Shown here: positions 45,635 through 55,659 of the stretch, piece by piece | Layout: the number at the start of each line of letters is the position of its first letter | Numbering within the stretch: position 1 is the stretch's first letter | DNA from: an uncultured Desulfatitalea sp. | GTDB taxonomy: Bacteria > Desulfobacterota > Desulfobacteria > Desulfobacterales > Desulfosarcinaceae | Assembly (NCBI GenBank): GCA_963668675.2 | Contig: CAXXMB010000001.1 | Location: 224,001-288,000, forward strand | Direction: 5' to 3' | Length of the DNA stretch: 64,000 bases | Translations under genes and position numbers: made by a program | The notes under the pieces: model-generated | Database searches by the model: none | Told to the model about the DNA's origin: nothing | Seen by the model: only the letters and a program-made list of their open reading frames with translations

Positions 45635-46419
45635 GTCGGGCCATGTATCAGCTGAGCCACATCTCATTTGCATACGGGGAGCGTCAGACGCTCGACGATC
45701 TATCGATCACTTTTGATGCCGGCCACTTCTACGGCATCGTCGGCCCCAACGGCAGCGGCAAGACCACCCTGGTGGATTTGCTCTCCGGGCATCGGCGGCC
45801 GGTAGATGGAGAGATCGCCCTCGATGGGCGCCCGTTGCAAAACTACACCCGCAAGGAGCTGGCGCACCACATCGCCGTGGTGCCCCAGGATTTTCGCATC
45901 AATTTCCCATACACCTGCCGGCAGGTGGTGATGATGGGCCGGTATCCCCGCCTGCCGCGCTTCGCCCCGCCCGGGGATAGTGATCGCGCCGTGGTCGATG
46001 ATGTGCTCGCACGGACCGCCCTCACCGATTTCAGCGAACGCCATGTGGACCGCCTCAGCGGCGGTGAGCGGCAGCGCGTCGTCTTCGCCCGCGGTCTGGC
46101 TCAGCAGACCGATGTGCTGCTTCTCGACGAGGCCACGGCCAGCCTGGACATGCAGCACGCCATTGAGTTGCTCAATTTAGCGGCCCGTCGCGTCGCCACA
46201 GGCGCCACCGTTATTGCCGTGATGCAGGATATCAATTTGGCGGCCATCTATTGCGATCACCTGGTCTGTATCCGGCAAGGGCGGCTGGCGGCGGCAGGCC
46301 CCACCGATCGGGTGTTGACCGCAGAACTGTTACACGAGGTGTTTCGGGTGAATGCCCGGGTGGAGTATCACCCCCATGCCAATGCCCTCCAGGTGGTGTT
46401 CAATCGGGAGATGCCGTGA
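45631..46419 (+). CDS. btuD: Corrinoid/iron-chelate ABC ATP-binding protein
   Basis: GPNGSGKTT, LSGGERQR, LLDEAT. Confidence 0.8.
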   Translation: MSRAMYQLSHISFAYGERQTLDDLSITFDAGHFYGIVGPNGSGKTTLVDLLSGHRRPVDGEIALDGRPLQNYTRKELAHHIAVVPQDFRINFPYTCRQVVMMGRYPRLPRFAPPGDSDRAVVDDVLARTALTDFSERHVDRLSGGERQRVVFARGLAQQTDVLLLDEATASLDMQHAIELLNLAARRVATGATVIAVMQDINLAAIYCDHLVCIRQGRLAAAGPTDRVLTAELLHEVFRVNARVEYHPHANALQVVFNREMP

Positions 46420-47420
46420 TGACGGGACGCAGTCAACCGGCATGGGCAGTACTGTGGCTGTGCCTCTTTTTCGGCACGGGGGGGGAGACGCAGGCCGAGG
46501 GGTTGGCCCTGGAGGCGGATGCGATCGTGGATTCCATGGGACACCGGGTGGAGGTCTCTACGCCCTTTCTGCGCATCATCTCCCTCTACGGCGCCCATAC
46601 CGAAAACCTATTCGCCTTGGGAGCCCGGAACCAGGTGGTGGGTGTCTCGCGACACGAGGATTGGCCGCCGGAAGTGCGGTCCAAACCGGTCCACTCCTAT
46701 CACGATGACCTGGAGCGGTTTCTGGCGGCCCGTCCTGATCTTGTCCTGATCCGCCCTATGATCGATCGGGGCTATGCATCCCTGGTCGGCAGATTAAGGG
46801 CGAATGGCATCAGCGTGGTTTCCCTGCAACCCCGTTCAATAGCAGAGATGTTTCTCTACTGGCGCATCCTGGGGAAGCTCTGCGGCCGCGCTGCAGCCGC
46901 CGAAGCCATGGTCGCAACATTCCAGGAGGCCGTCGCCTGTATCGCTTCCCGCACGGCGCCCATCGCCAAGAAGCAGCGCGTCTACTTCGAGGCGATTCAC
47001 AACCGCATGCGCACCTTCGCACCCGATGCCATGGCCATCTTCGCACTGGAGACCGCCGGCGGAATCAATCTGGCTGCCGAAGCCTTCTCCCGCAGGGGAA
47101 CCACCATCGCCGATTATGGCAAGGAGCGCATTCTATCCCAGGGGGAAGAGATCGACGTCTACCTGGCCCAGGTGGGGCCCATGAATCAGCCGACCCTGGA
47201 GACGATCAAAACAGAACCGGGATACGAATTGATCCGCGCGGTTCGTGAAGATCGCATCTTTTTCATCGATGAAAAGCTGGTTTCCCGGCCGACCCGACGG
47301 ATGCTGCTCGGGATCTGTCAGATTGGTCGAATTCTCTATCCTGAACAGTTCATGATTGAAAAGACGCCATCGGGATGTCTGCTGCGGCACTGTCCATCCA
47401 AAGGCAAACAGATGGAGTAA
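46419..47420 (+). CDS. btuF: Corrinoid/iron-chelate periplasmic binding protein
   Basis: RIISLYGAHTENLFALG, PDLVL, VSRPT. Confidence 0.75.
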   Translation: MTGRSQPAWAVLWLCLFFGTGGETQAEGLALEADAIVDSMGHRVEVSTPFLRIISLYGAHTENLFALGARNQVVGVSRHEDWPPEVRSKPVHSYHDDLERFLAARPDLVLIRPMIDRGYASLVGRLRANGISVVSLQPRSIAEMFLYWRILGKLCGRAAAAEAMVATFQEAVACIASRTAPIAKKQRVYFEAIHNRMRTFAPDAMAIFALETAGGINLAAEAFSRRGTTIADYGKERILSQGEEIDVYLAQVGPMNQPTLETIKTEPGYELIRAVREDRIFFIDEKLVSRPTRRMLLGICQIGRILYPEQFMIEKTPSGCLLRHCPSKGKQME

Positions 47421-47429
47421 GGAAATGAT

Positions 47430-48158
47430 ATGAAGAAATCTGGTACCCTGTATGGCATCGGCGTTGGACCTGGCGATCCGGATCTGATCCCCGTCAAAGC
47501 CGTTCGCACCCTGGGTTCGGTAGATGTGGTTTTTACGGCAGCCTCAACGCGCAACAACTACTCCCGCGCGCTTGAAATTGTGCGTCACCATCTCTCCGAA
47601 CGCATCGCCATCGATAAGCTGGATTTCCCCATGAGCAAAGACCATGAGGTGATGGAGTGTGCCTGGCGACAGCATGCCACCCGCATCGCCGGTGTGCTCG
47701 AGCAGGGGCGGGATGCGGCCTTCCTCACCCTGGGCGACCCGCTCACCTATTCGACTTACGGCTATATCCTGCGCCACCTGAAAGCGGACTGGCCCGGTCT
47801 TCCCGTTGTGACCATTCCCGGCATCACCTCCTATCAGGCGGCTGCGGCCGCCGTCAATCAGCCGTTGGTCGAGGGGGAAGAGTCTTTGCTCATCCTGTCT
47901 GGCGTTCACGGTGGAGAGCGGTTGCACGAGATGATTCAACCGCCGGACAATGTAGTCTTCCTCAAAGCCTATCGCGATGTCATCGGCATCAGCGAGGCAC
48001 TGGAGCAAACCGGTCTGGCCGAGTGCAGTGTGGCGGTGAGCAACTGCTCAACAGACGAGCAGGTGATCAATACGAACTTGAAAGAATTGGGGAAACAACC
48101 CCCCAACTACTGGACCTTGATCATCGCCAAGCGGAACAAACATGTCTCCAAAAAGTAG
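47430..48158 (+). CDS. cbiL: Cobalt-precorrin-2 C20-methyltransferase
   Basis: GTLYGIGVGPGDPDLI, LDFPM, FLTLGDPLTYST, IPGITS. Confidence 0.9.
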   Translation: MKKSGTLYGIGVGPGDPDLIPVKAVRTLGSVDVVFTAASTRNNYSRALEIVRHHLSERIAIDKLDFPMSKDHEVMECAWRQHATRIAGVLEQGRDAAFLTLGDPLTYSTYGYILRHLKADWPGLPVVTIPGITSYQAAAAAVNQPLVEGEESLLILSGVHGGERLHEMIQPPDNVVFLKAYRDVIGISEALEQTGLAECSVAVSNCSTDEQVINTNLKELGKQPPNYWTLIIAKRNKHVSKK

Positions 48159-49194
48159 TCACACGAAGAGCAAGCGTGCCCTCTGGATTGCACTGGGTGC
48201 TTCGGGAGTGATGGTGGGCTTTGGCCTCTGTCTCATCGAAGGCATTACCCTGTCGCTGGCTACACGACGCATGGTATGGCCCCTGTTGCGGCTGCTTTTT
48301 TTTATTACGATCGGATTGGCGTTGGGGCAGGTGATCGAAACGACCGGGTGGACCCGCACACTGGGTCGTCTGGGGGCACCGCTCTTCCGTTTTTCCAGGC
48401 TGGGGTCGCGCTGCAGCGCTGCTTTTACGACGGCGTTTATATCGGGGACAGCGGCCAACGCCATGCTCTACGACTTCTGGAGGGAGGATCGTATTGACCG
48501 GCGTCAGCTTTTTCTGACAAACCTTGCTAACCAGCTGCCGGCCTTTTTTCTTCATCTGCCGACCACGGTTTTTATTGTGCTGCCCCTTACCGGGTGGGCA
48601 GGCGGTCTCTACTTTTTACTTACTTTATTAGCGGCTGCTTTGCGCGTGGCTGTAGTATTGATTGTGGCGCGCTGGTGGTTGCCTGCCGGGGAAGTGGAGA
48701 TGTCAGATAAAAGAGAGGGGGAGCTCAAGAAAAGAGAGGGAGGTGAATATTGGCAGGTTATGAAAGAGAAGCTTCCCCGTCGGTTGGCCAATGTAGCCAC
48801 CTACGTGGTGCCGATCTACATCGCTGTTTTTTTGCTCAACCATGCCGGCCTCTTTGAATGGACGCGAAAATGGCTGGCGCATGGTGTCACCGATGCTTTG
48901 GTCCCGGTCGAATCCCTCTCGCTGGTGGTGTTGAGTTTTGCGGCTGAGTTTACTTCCGGATTTGCAACGGCGGGTGCCCTGCTTCAACAGGGAGTGTTGA
49001 CCGTGAAAGAGGCTGCTCTGGCGCTGCTTATCGGGAATATCGTTGCCTTTCCCATTCGCGCATTGAGGCATCAACTGCCGCGCCTGATGGGGATCTTTGC
49101 GCCGGTTATGGGGATGCAGCTTCTGCTGCTGGGGCAAGGGTGTCGGATTATGAGTTTGGTGATTGCAGGGAGCGTTTATTATCTTTTCTTTTGA
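48142..49194 (+). CDS. Nucleoside-recognition (Gate) domain membrane protein
   Basis: About 8-9 TM; AFTTAFISGTAANAML, PAFFLHLPT, ALRHQLP. Confidence 0.65.
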   Translation: MSPKSSHTKSKRALWIALGASGVMVGFGLCLIEGITLSLATRRMVWPLLRLLFFITIGLALGQVIETTGWTRTLGRLGAPLFRFSRLGSRCSAAFTTAFISGTAANAMLYDFWREDRIDRRQLFLTNLANQLPAFFLHLPTTVFIVLPLTGWAGGLYFLLTLLAAALRVAVVLIVARWWLPAGEVEMSDKREGELKKREGGEYWQVMKEKLPRRLANVATYVVPIYIAVFLLNHAGLFEWTRKWLAHGVTDALVPVESLSLVVLSFAAEFTSGFATAGALLQQGVLTVKEAALALLIGNIVAFPIRALRHQLPRLMGIFAPVMGMQLLLLGQGCRIMSLVIAGSVYYLFF

Positions 49195-49243
49195 CCTAAC
49201 TGTTGAATTTGCGGAGCCGGCGGGATCATTCGGAGGTAGAACG

Positions 49244-50629
49244 ATTAAGGGGATTGTCATAGCGGGGACTCACAGTGGCGTGGGAAAGACGACGGTGGCT
49301 TTGGGGCTTATGGCGGCGTTGTGCCGGCGTGGGCTGTCGGTGGCGCCGTTCAAGGTGGGGCCGGATTTTATTGATCCGGGGCATCATGCCCAGGTGACCG
49401 GTACGGTCAGCCGGAACCTCGATGGGTGGATGTTGAGCAGGGAGTATAATCGGGCCTGTTTTGCTCAGCATGCGCGTAAGGCGGATGTGGCGGTGGTTGA
49501 AGGGGTCATGGGGCTTTTTGATGGTTTCAGCGGTCGCAGTGAGGAGGGATCGACTGCCCAGATGGCCAAGTGGCTCGGGCTTCCGGTGTTGCTGGTAGTC
49601 AATGCTGCCAGTATGGCGCGCAGTGCCGCTGCGCTGCTTCAGGGTTTCGAACGCTTTGATGCGGATGTGACGTTTGCGGGCGAGCTGTTCAACCATCTGG
49701 CCAGCGAATCCCATTTGGCGTACCTGGAAGAGGCCATGGCGGAATATGTGGAGATGCCGTTGCTTGGCGGAATTCTGAGGGAAGAGCGGTTGGTGATGCC
49801 CGAGCGACATCTGGGATTGATGACGGCTGAGGAGCTGGTCCTCTCCGAGGATGATTGCGCCAGGCTGGCGGATTGTATTGAAGATGCTATCGATTTGGAC
49901 GCCCTGTTGGCAGTGCTGCCTGAGATTGAAGCGGCCCCGGAGGGTAAGGTGGACGGTTGCCGGCAACGATCGTCGGCAGTTCGCATCGGCGTGGCCAGGG
50001 ACAGCGTCTTTTGCTTCTACTACGCGGACAATCTCGATCTGCTTGCCGGGGCAGGGGCTGAAGTGGTGCCCTTTTCTCCGCTGATCGACAATGGGTTGCC
50101 CGAACGGCTGGACGGCATCTATATCGGCGGCGGATACCCGGAGCTGCATGGCGGGCAGTTGGCGGCCAATGACGCCATGCGCCGGTCGATCCGGGCTTGC
50201 AGCCGGGCGGGCATGCCCATCTATGCCGAGTGCGGTGGTTTCATGTACCTTTGCCGAGCGCTTGAGGATCGCGAAGGAGATGTCCACTCCATGTGCGGCG
50301 TTTTTCCTTTTCGTACCCGGATGAATGCCCGGCTGAGGCGCCTTGGATATCGCGAGGTGCGCTTGGGCGATGATACGGTCATCGGAGGTAAGGATGAGGT
50401 TGTGCGCGGTCACGAATTTCACTACTCCGATTTTGTCTCGACCGAACCGTCCGAGAAGATATCTACCGCATACACGGTGACTGGTAGCAGGGGGGTAACG
50501 GCCAAAGCGGAGGGGTATCAGGTCCAGCGTACACTGGGCAGTTACGTTCACCTGCATTTTGGCAGCAGGCCGGTGTGTGCGACGGCATTTGTCGGGGCGT
50601 GCCGGGCGTACCGGCAGCAATTTAAATGA
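49244..50629 (+). CDS. cbiA: Cobyrinate a,c-diamide synthase (probable non-canonical start)
   Basis: GTHSGVGKTT, FKVGPDFIDP, VEGVMGLFDG, PERHLGL, GGGYPE, YAECGG, GHEFHYS, SYVHLHF. Confidence 0.93.
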   Translation: MKGIVIAGTHSGVGKTTVALGLMAALCRRGLSVAPFKVGPDFIDPGHHAQVTGTVSRNLDGWMLSREYNRACFAQHARKADVAVVEGVMGLFDGFSGRSEEGSTAQMAKWLGLPVLLVVNAASMARSAAALLQGFERFDADVTFAGELFNHLASESHLAYLEEAMAEYVEMPLLGGILREERLVMPERHLGLMTAEELVLSEDDCARLADCIEDAIDLDALLAVLPEIEAAPEGKVDGCRQRSSAVRIGVARDSVFCFYYADNLDLLAGAGAEVVPFSPLIDNGLPERLDGIYIGGGYPELHGGQLAANDAMRRSIRACSRAGMPIYAECGGFMYLCRALEDREGDVHSMCGVFPFRTRMNARLRRLGYREVRLGDDTVIGGKDEVVRGHEFHYSDFVSTEPSEKISTAYTVTGSRGVTAKAEGYQVQRTLGSYVHLHFGSRPVCATAFVGACRAYRQQFK

Positions 50630-50853
50630 AAGTGAGGTGCCAGGGATGTTTTTTTATTGGCGTATTCAGCAGGATTTGAGCTGTCTGGGAGAGTATCTTA
50701 TCTTTCGGGATCCGGGACTCTCCAGGTGCTGGCAGGCGTGGATGCGGCGCAATGCCGCCGGCATTGTTTTGGCAGAAGATTGGGGCTTGGATTCCAACGA
50801 CAGGTCACATCTGAATTGAAGGTTCGAACGTTCAGATTGGGAAGGGGCGACAG

Positions 50854-51471
50854 ATGAAACCCCATGAGATTGAAACGCGCAGTTTTGCGATCATCGAACA
50901 GGAGGCCGGGCCGCATCCCTACTCTGCCGTGCAATGGCAGATCGTGCGCCGCATGATCCACACCACGGCCGATTTCGAATACGTGAGCAATACCCGCTTC
51001 CACCCAAAAGCGGTAAGGAGCGGTACCGCAGCCCTGCGGGCCGGGGCCACCATTTTTACCGATACCAATATGGCCCGTAGCGGTATTCGCCAGACGGGAC
51101 TCGACGCATTCGGTGCAGAGGCGGTTTGTTTGATGGCCGAGGAGGCAATTGGCCGAAAGGCGCTGGCAAACGGAACGACCCGGGCCGAGGTGGCCGTGGA
51201 TGAGGTGGCTGATCGGCTGGACGGTGCCATATATGCGGTGGGCAATGCACCCACGGCGCTCTTGCGGTTGATCGAATTGATGCGGAGCAGCCAGGTTGCG
51301 CCTGCTTTGGTGATCGGCCTGCCGGTGGGGTTTGTCAATGCCGCCGAGTCGAAGGCTGCTTTGCTGGAGGCGGATGTGCCCTATATCACCAATGTTGGCC
51401 GCAAGGGCGGTTCCAGCGTGGCTGCGGCGGTGGTCAACGCGCTCGTGTTGTTGGCGGGGGAAACTGGTTAA
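50854..51471 (+). CDS. cbiC: Cobalt-precorrin-8 methylmutase
   Basis: EIETRSFAII, RRMIHTTADF, VGNAPTAL, PVGFVNAAESK, GRKGGS. Confidence 0.95.
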   Translation: MKPHEIETRSFAIIEQEAGPHPYSAVQWQIVRRMIHTTADFEYVSNTRFHPKAVRSGTAALRAGATIFTDTNMARSGIRQTGLDAFGAEAVCLMAEEAIGRKALANGTTRAEVAVDEVADRLDGAIYAVGNAPTALLRLIELMRSSQVAPALVIGLPVGFVNAAESKAALLEADVPYITNVGRKGGSSVAAAVVNALVLLAGETG

Positions 51472-51487
51472 TTGGGGGTGGAAGCAT

Positions 51488-52597
51488 ATGTATCGTAGCG
51501 CCCGAAGCGATCTGCGTAGCGGTTTCACCACAGGTGTTGCGGCTGCAGCAGCGGTCAAGGCGGCGATGCGCTGCCTGATCGCTGCCACTGCTCCTCAGAA
51601 GGTTACGATCGATTTGCCCACCGGCGCTTCACTCGATATCGATGTGCACCGCTGTCAACAGACGGATGACATTACAGCCGTCTGTTCGGTGGTCAAAGAT
51701 GGGGGCGACGATCCTGACATCACCAATGGCGCAGAGATTGGCGCCAAGGTGCAGTGGCGCCCGGGCGGTTCGAATCGTAGAGTGGACGTGCGCGGCGGAG
51801 AGGGTGTCGGGCGGGTCACCAGACCGGGCCTCGAAGTCTCCCCTGGCCATGCAGCCATCAACCGCGTTCCCAGGAAGATGATTCGGGATGCAGCCTGTCA
51901 GGTGATGGCCGCAGGCAATGTTTTCGGCCGGGCCGTTGCTGAGATATTTGTCCCCCGGGGAGAGGAGTTGGCCCGCCATACCCTCAACGACCGCCTGGGC
52001 ATCGTGGGTGGGATCTCTATCCTGGGTACCACCGGCATCGTGAGGCCGCTCTCCCACGATGCCTATGTGGCAACCATTAAAGCGGCCATATCTGTGGCGC
52101 GGGCTTCAGGGGTGCAACGCGTGGTGATGACCACTGGCCGGCGCAGCGAACGATTTGCGCAAGCACTCTGGCCCGATCGGCCCGAAACCGCTTTCGTGCA
52201 GATCGGCGATTATTTCTCCGCCGCCCTGGGGATGGCTGCCGACCAACGGTTGGCGGAGGTGACCCTGGCTGTTTTTTTCGGAAAGGCGGTGAAGATGGCC
52301 ATGGCGATTCCCCATACCCATGCCCGATCGGCCCGGCTTACCTTGGCGCAGCTGGGGCGGTGGACCGCCGAAATCACCGGCCGTGAAGATTTGGCCCGGA
52401 AGGTGGCCGACGCCAATACGGCCCGGGCAGCCTTCGATCTGGTGGCCGACGATTATCCGGAGCTTATCGCCAAGGTGGGCGACGAGGTTCTGAAGGCGGC
52501 GGTGCGTTTTGCCGGCAACCGGCTGTCGGTACGGGCGGTCATCTTCGACTTCGGGGGCCGGGTGCGGTTTGACAGCGGTGAGGATCATACGCCATGA
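51488..52597 (+). CDS. cbiD: Cobalt-precorrin-5B C1-methyltransferase
   Basis: LRSGFTTG, VKDGGDDPDITNG, GGEGVGRVT, RLGIVGGISILGTTGIV. Confidence 0.95.
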   Translation: MYRSARSDLRSGFTTGVAAAAAVKAAMRCLIAATAPQKVTIDLPTGASLDIDVHRCQQTDDITAVCSVVKDGGDDPDITNGAEIGAKVQWRPGGSNRRVDVRGGEGVGRVTRPGLEVSPGHAAINRVPRKMIRDAACQVMAAGNVFGRAVAEIFVPRGEELARHTLNDRLGIVGGISILGTTGIVRPLSHDAYVATIKAAISVARASGVQRVVMTTGRRSERFAQALWPDRPETAFVQIGDYFSAALGMAADQRLAEVTLAVFFGKAVKMAMAIPHTHARSARLTLAQLGRWTAEITGREDLARKVADANTARAAFDLVADDYPELIAKVGDEVLKAAVRFAGNRLSVRAVIFDFGGRVRFDSGEDHTP

Positions 52598-53820
52598 AAA
52601 AAGTTTTCGTCATCGGCATGGGATTGTCTGCACGGGATCTGACTTCAGCTTACCTGGAGATCATCCACTCGGCCGACCTGCTGATCGGCGGCCGCCGTCA
52701 TCTGGAGCATTTTGAGGAGCTGGAGGTTGAGAAGAGGGTTGTCAGTGGGCGCGTGAACGAGATTATCGAGGCTATTCGCACGGCCATGGAGCACCGCCAA
52801 GTGGTGGTGCTGGCCTCCGGTGATCCGCTTCTGTTTGGCATCGGGGCGCGCATTGTTGAGGGTATCGGCAAGGAGCGTGTGACCGTGCTGCCCAATATCT
52901 CCTCCATCGCTGCCGCCTTTGCCCGCATCAAACAGCCATGGGACGAGGCCCGCCTGGTGAGTCTGCATGGCCGCGACCGCCGTTTCGCACTTCTATCTGC
53001 ACTGAAGGCCGATGCGCCGGTTGCGGTGCCCACCGATCCAAAACAGACGCCGGCCTGGCTGGCAGGATGGCTATTGGAAAGGGGGGTCGATCACATGCAG
53101 ATGGTGGTTTTCGAGCGGTTGGGGGATAAACGTGAAGCGGTTGCCTGGTATACGCTTGAAGCGGCTTCCCGGAAGAATTTTGCCCAGCCCAACCTGGCCA
53201 TTTTGCTTCCGGTGAAGGAGAGTGGCTGCGATCCCCCATTTTTCAGTATCGGCATGCCGGAAGAGGCTTACCGGCACGAACGTGGATTGATCACCAAGTC
53301 CGAAATGCGCGCTGTAACGCTTGCCAAACTGAAACTTGGACCGGGCATGACCCTGTGGGATCTGGGGGCGGGAAGCGGCGCCGTCGGCATCGAGGCCTCG
53401 CTGCTGCTCGGCGACGGACGCATAGTGGCCGTGGAAGAAAAGAGCGAGCGCGTGGCCCAGATTCGTGCCAACGCGATAGGGTTTGGGGTATACAATCATG
53501 AAGTGGTTCAGGCTGAACTGCCCGATGGCCTGACAGGCTTGCCTCAGCCGGACCGTATTTTCGTGGGCGGCGGCGGACGCGATCTGGCCGCCATCGTCCG
53601 TGCTGGGGCGCAGTACCTCAAACCTGGTGGTACCCTGGTGGTCAACACGGTCCTGATTGAAAACCTGAGCCGCATCGTCGCAGTGCTCGAGGAGACCGGT
53701 TTGGCGTCCGAGGTGGTCCAGATGCAAATAAGCCGCGGCAGCCCCATGCCGTGGAGTACGCGTCTGGAGGCCCAGAACCCGGTATGGATCATCCAAGGCT
53801 GTGCAAAGGAGCGCGTGTGA
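52594..53820 (+). CDS. cbiET: Fused CbiE/CbiT precorrin-6Y C5,15-methyltransferase (decarboxylating)
   Basis: GGRRHL, LASGDPLLFGIG, SLHGR, ITKSEMR, WDLGAGSG, AQNPV. Confidence 0.92.
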   Translation: MKKVFVIGMGLSARDLTSAYLEIIHSADLLIGGRRHLEHFEELEVEKRVVSGRVNEIIEAIRTAMEHRQVVVLASGDPLLFGIGARIVEGIGKERVTVLPNISSIAAAFARIKQPWDEARLVSLHGRDRRFALLSALKADAPVAVPTDPKQTPAWLAGWLLERGVDHMQMVVFERLGDKREAVAWYTLEAASRKNFAQPNLAILLPVKESGCDPPFFSIGMPEEAYRHERGLITKSEMRAVTLAKLKLGPGMTLWDLGAGSGAVGIEASLLLGDGRIVAVEEKSERVAQIRANAIGFGVYNHEVVQAELPDGLTGLPQPDRIFVGGGGRDLAAIVRAGAQYLKPGGTLVVNTVLIENLSRIVAVLEETGLASEVVQMQISRGSPMPWSTRLEAQNPVWIIQGCAKERV

Positions 53821-54593
53821 ACCGTCCCGACTATCCTATCCTCTTTTGCGGTGCCGGGCCCGGCGACCCCGAACTGATCACGGTCAAAGGGCAGAAGGCC
53901 CTGGCGGTGGCAGATCTGATTCTCTATGCGGGCTCGCTGGTGCCCGAGGCGGTGCTGGTCTGGGCGGCCGGAACGGCAGAGCGGATCAGCAGTGCCGATA
54001 TGAACCTGCAAGAGATCGTTGAAACCATGGTTAAGGCATATCAGGACGGACGCCGTGTGGTGCGCCTCCACACCGGCGATCCCAGCCTCTATGGCGCCAT
54101 TCGCGAGCAGACGGACGAACTCGACGCCCGTGGCATCCCTTTCCGGATCATTCCCGGGGTCACGGCGGCCTTTGCCGCGGCCGCCGCCATGGGGATCGAG
54201 TACACCCTGCCCGAGCGCACGCAGACCCTGATTCTGACCCGAATGGCCGGCCGCACCCCGGTGCCCGATCGGGAGTCGTTGGCCTCTCTGGCGGCGCACG
54301 GCGCATCGCTGGTGATCTATCTGAGCATGGGGCTGCTCGACCAGGTGGTTCAGGTTTTGTCGGCGAGCTACGGCCCCCAAGCCCCCTGTGCCGTGGCCTA
54401 TCGGGTGAGCCATCCCGGGCAGCGCATCCTGAGGACGCACGTGGCCGATCTGGCGGCCACGGCCCGTGTCGAGGAGATCGGCCGTTTGGCAGTGGTAATG
54501 GTCGGTCCGGCCCTGGACGATCCCCGTGCCGAGGAGGCGCTGCGCTCGAAACTCTATGACAAGGATTTCAGCCATGGCTACCGTCCCGCGTAA
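53817..54593 (+). CDS. cbiF: Cobalt-precorrin-4 C11-methyltransferase
   Basis: GAGPGDPELITVKG, YAGSLV, RLHTGDPSLYGAIREQ, RSKLYD. Confidence 0.95.
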   Translation: MNRPDYPILFCGAGPGDPELITVKGQKALAVADLILYAGSLVPEAVLVWAAGTAERISSADMNLQEIVETMVKAYQDGRRVVRLHTGDPSLYGAIREQTDELDARGIPFRIIPGVTAAFAAAAAMGIEYTLPERTQTLILTRMAGRTPVPDRESLASLAAHGASLVIYLSMGLLDQVVQVLSASYGPQAPCAVAYRVSHPGQRILRTHVADLAATARVEEIGRLAVVMVGPALDDPRAEEALRSKLYDKDFSHGYRPA

Positions 54594-55659
54594 TATCGCC
54601 GTCTGGGTGCTGACCGCCAAGGGCTTGGCTTTGGCGAATACGCTGAAACAGCACTGGCCGCAATTGACCGTCCACTGCCCGCCGCGTTTGTTACAGAAGT
54701 GTGTGGCCACACCGGCAAGGCCATTCGAACGGCTGGCCGATGCCGTGGCCGGCGCCTTTCAAACCTATGAGGGGCACGTTTTTGTCATGGCTGCCGGTAT
54801 TGTGGTGCGCACCGTCGCACCACTGCTGCATCACAAGGCGGTGGACCCTGCCGTCGTCGTGGTGGATGATGCCGGCCGGTTCGCCATCAGCCTGGTGGCC
54901 GGCCATATGGGGGGTGCCAACCGTCTGGCCGCTTCGGTGGCCGAGCTGTTGGGTGCAACAGCGGTGATCACCACCGCCACAGATAGCCATGGCCGGCCTG
55001 CGGTGGACCTGGTGGCTGCGGAACGCGGATTGAAGATTGAAAATCCAGCGGCCATCAAGAAGATCAACATGGCCCTGCTCGATGGCGTGCCGGTGCCGAT
55101 TTACGATTCGTCCGGCTGGTTGGCTGATGGCCTGGGCGGCGCAGCCCTTGCCGTTGAGGCGCAAACCCTGTCATCATCGCAGAGGGCTGCACCTGGCGTC
55201 TATGTGGGCGACCGCTGCAAATCCCTGCCGCCGGAGGTACTCGTGGTGCGGCCGCCTTCGCTGGTGGCGGGCATCGGCTGCAATCGCGGCACACCGGTTG
55301 CGGAGATCGAGGCGCTGCTGCGCAGCGTTCTGAAGGCCGGCTGCCTCTCCATAAACAGTCTGGCGAAGATCGCCACGGTTGACCTGAAGCAAGATGAACC
55401 GGGGTTGATCTCACTGGCCGTCGCCCTCGAAGTGCCGCTGGTGTTTCATTCACGGGACGCATTGAACCAAGTTCGTCATGTGCCCAATCCGTCGGCCATG
55501 GCGATCAAACACGTAGGAGTAAACAGCGTATGCGAAGCAGCCGCCCTGCTGACCGCCAGAGGAGGGACATTGATCGCTCCCAAACAGAAAAGCGCCAATG
55601 CGACCGTGGCCATCGCCCGCCGACCCTCTTCGTCGTCGGCATCGGTCCCGGTCACATAG
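54574..55659 (+). CDS. cbiG: Cobalt-precorrin-5A hydrolase
   Basis: MAAGIVVR, DPAVVVVD, GHMGGAN, VITTATD, GIGCNRG, SVCEAAA. Confidence 0.92.
   Translation: MATVPRNIAVWVLTAKGLALANTLKQHWPQLTVHCPPRLLQKCVATPARPFERLADAVAGAFQTYEGHVFVMAAGIVVRTVAPLLHHKAVDPAVVVVDDAGRFAISLVAGHMGGANRLAASVAELLGATAVITTATDSHGRPAVDLVAAERGLKIENPAAIKKINMALLDGVPVPIYDSSGWLADGLGGAALAVEAQTLSSSQRAAPGVYVGDRCKSLPPEVLVVRPPSLVAGIGCNRGTPVAEIEALLRSVLKAGCLSINSLAKIATVDLKQDEPGLISLAVALEVPLVFHSRDALNQVRHVPNPSAMAIKHVGVNSVCEAAALLTARGGTLIAPKQKSANATVAIARRPSSSSASVPVT

Noticed and set aside
49226..50620. 464-aa minus-strand ORF opposite cbiA
   Set aside because: Antisense shadow with no family motifs
50630..50853. 224-nt gap within the cbi operon with short ORFs
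   Set aside because: No convincing protein motif, riboswitch or hairpin seen
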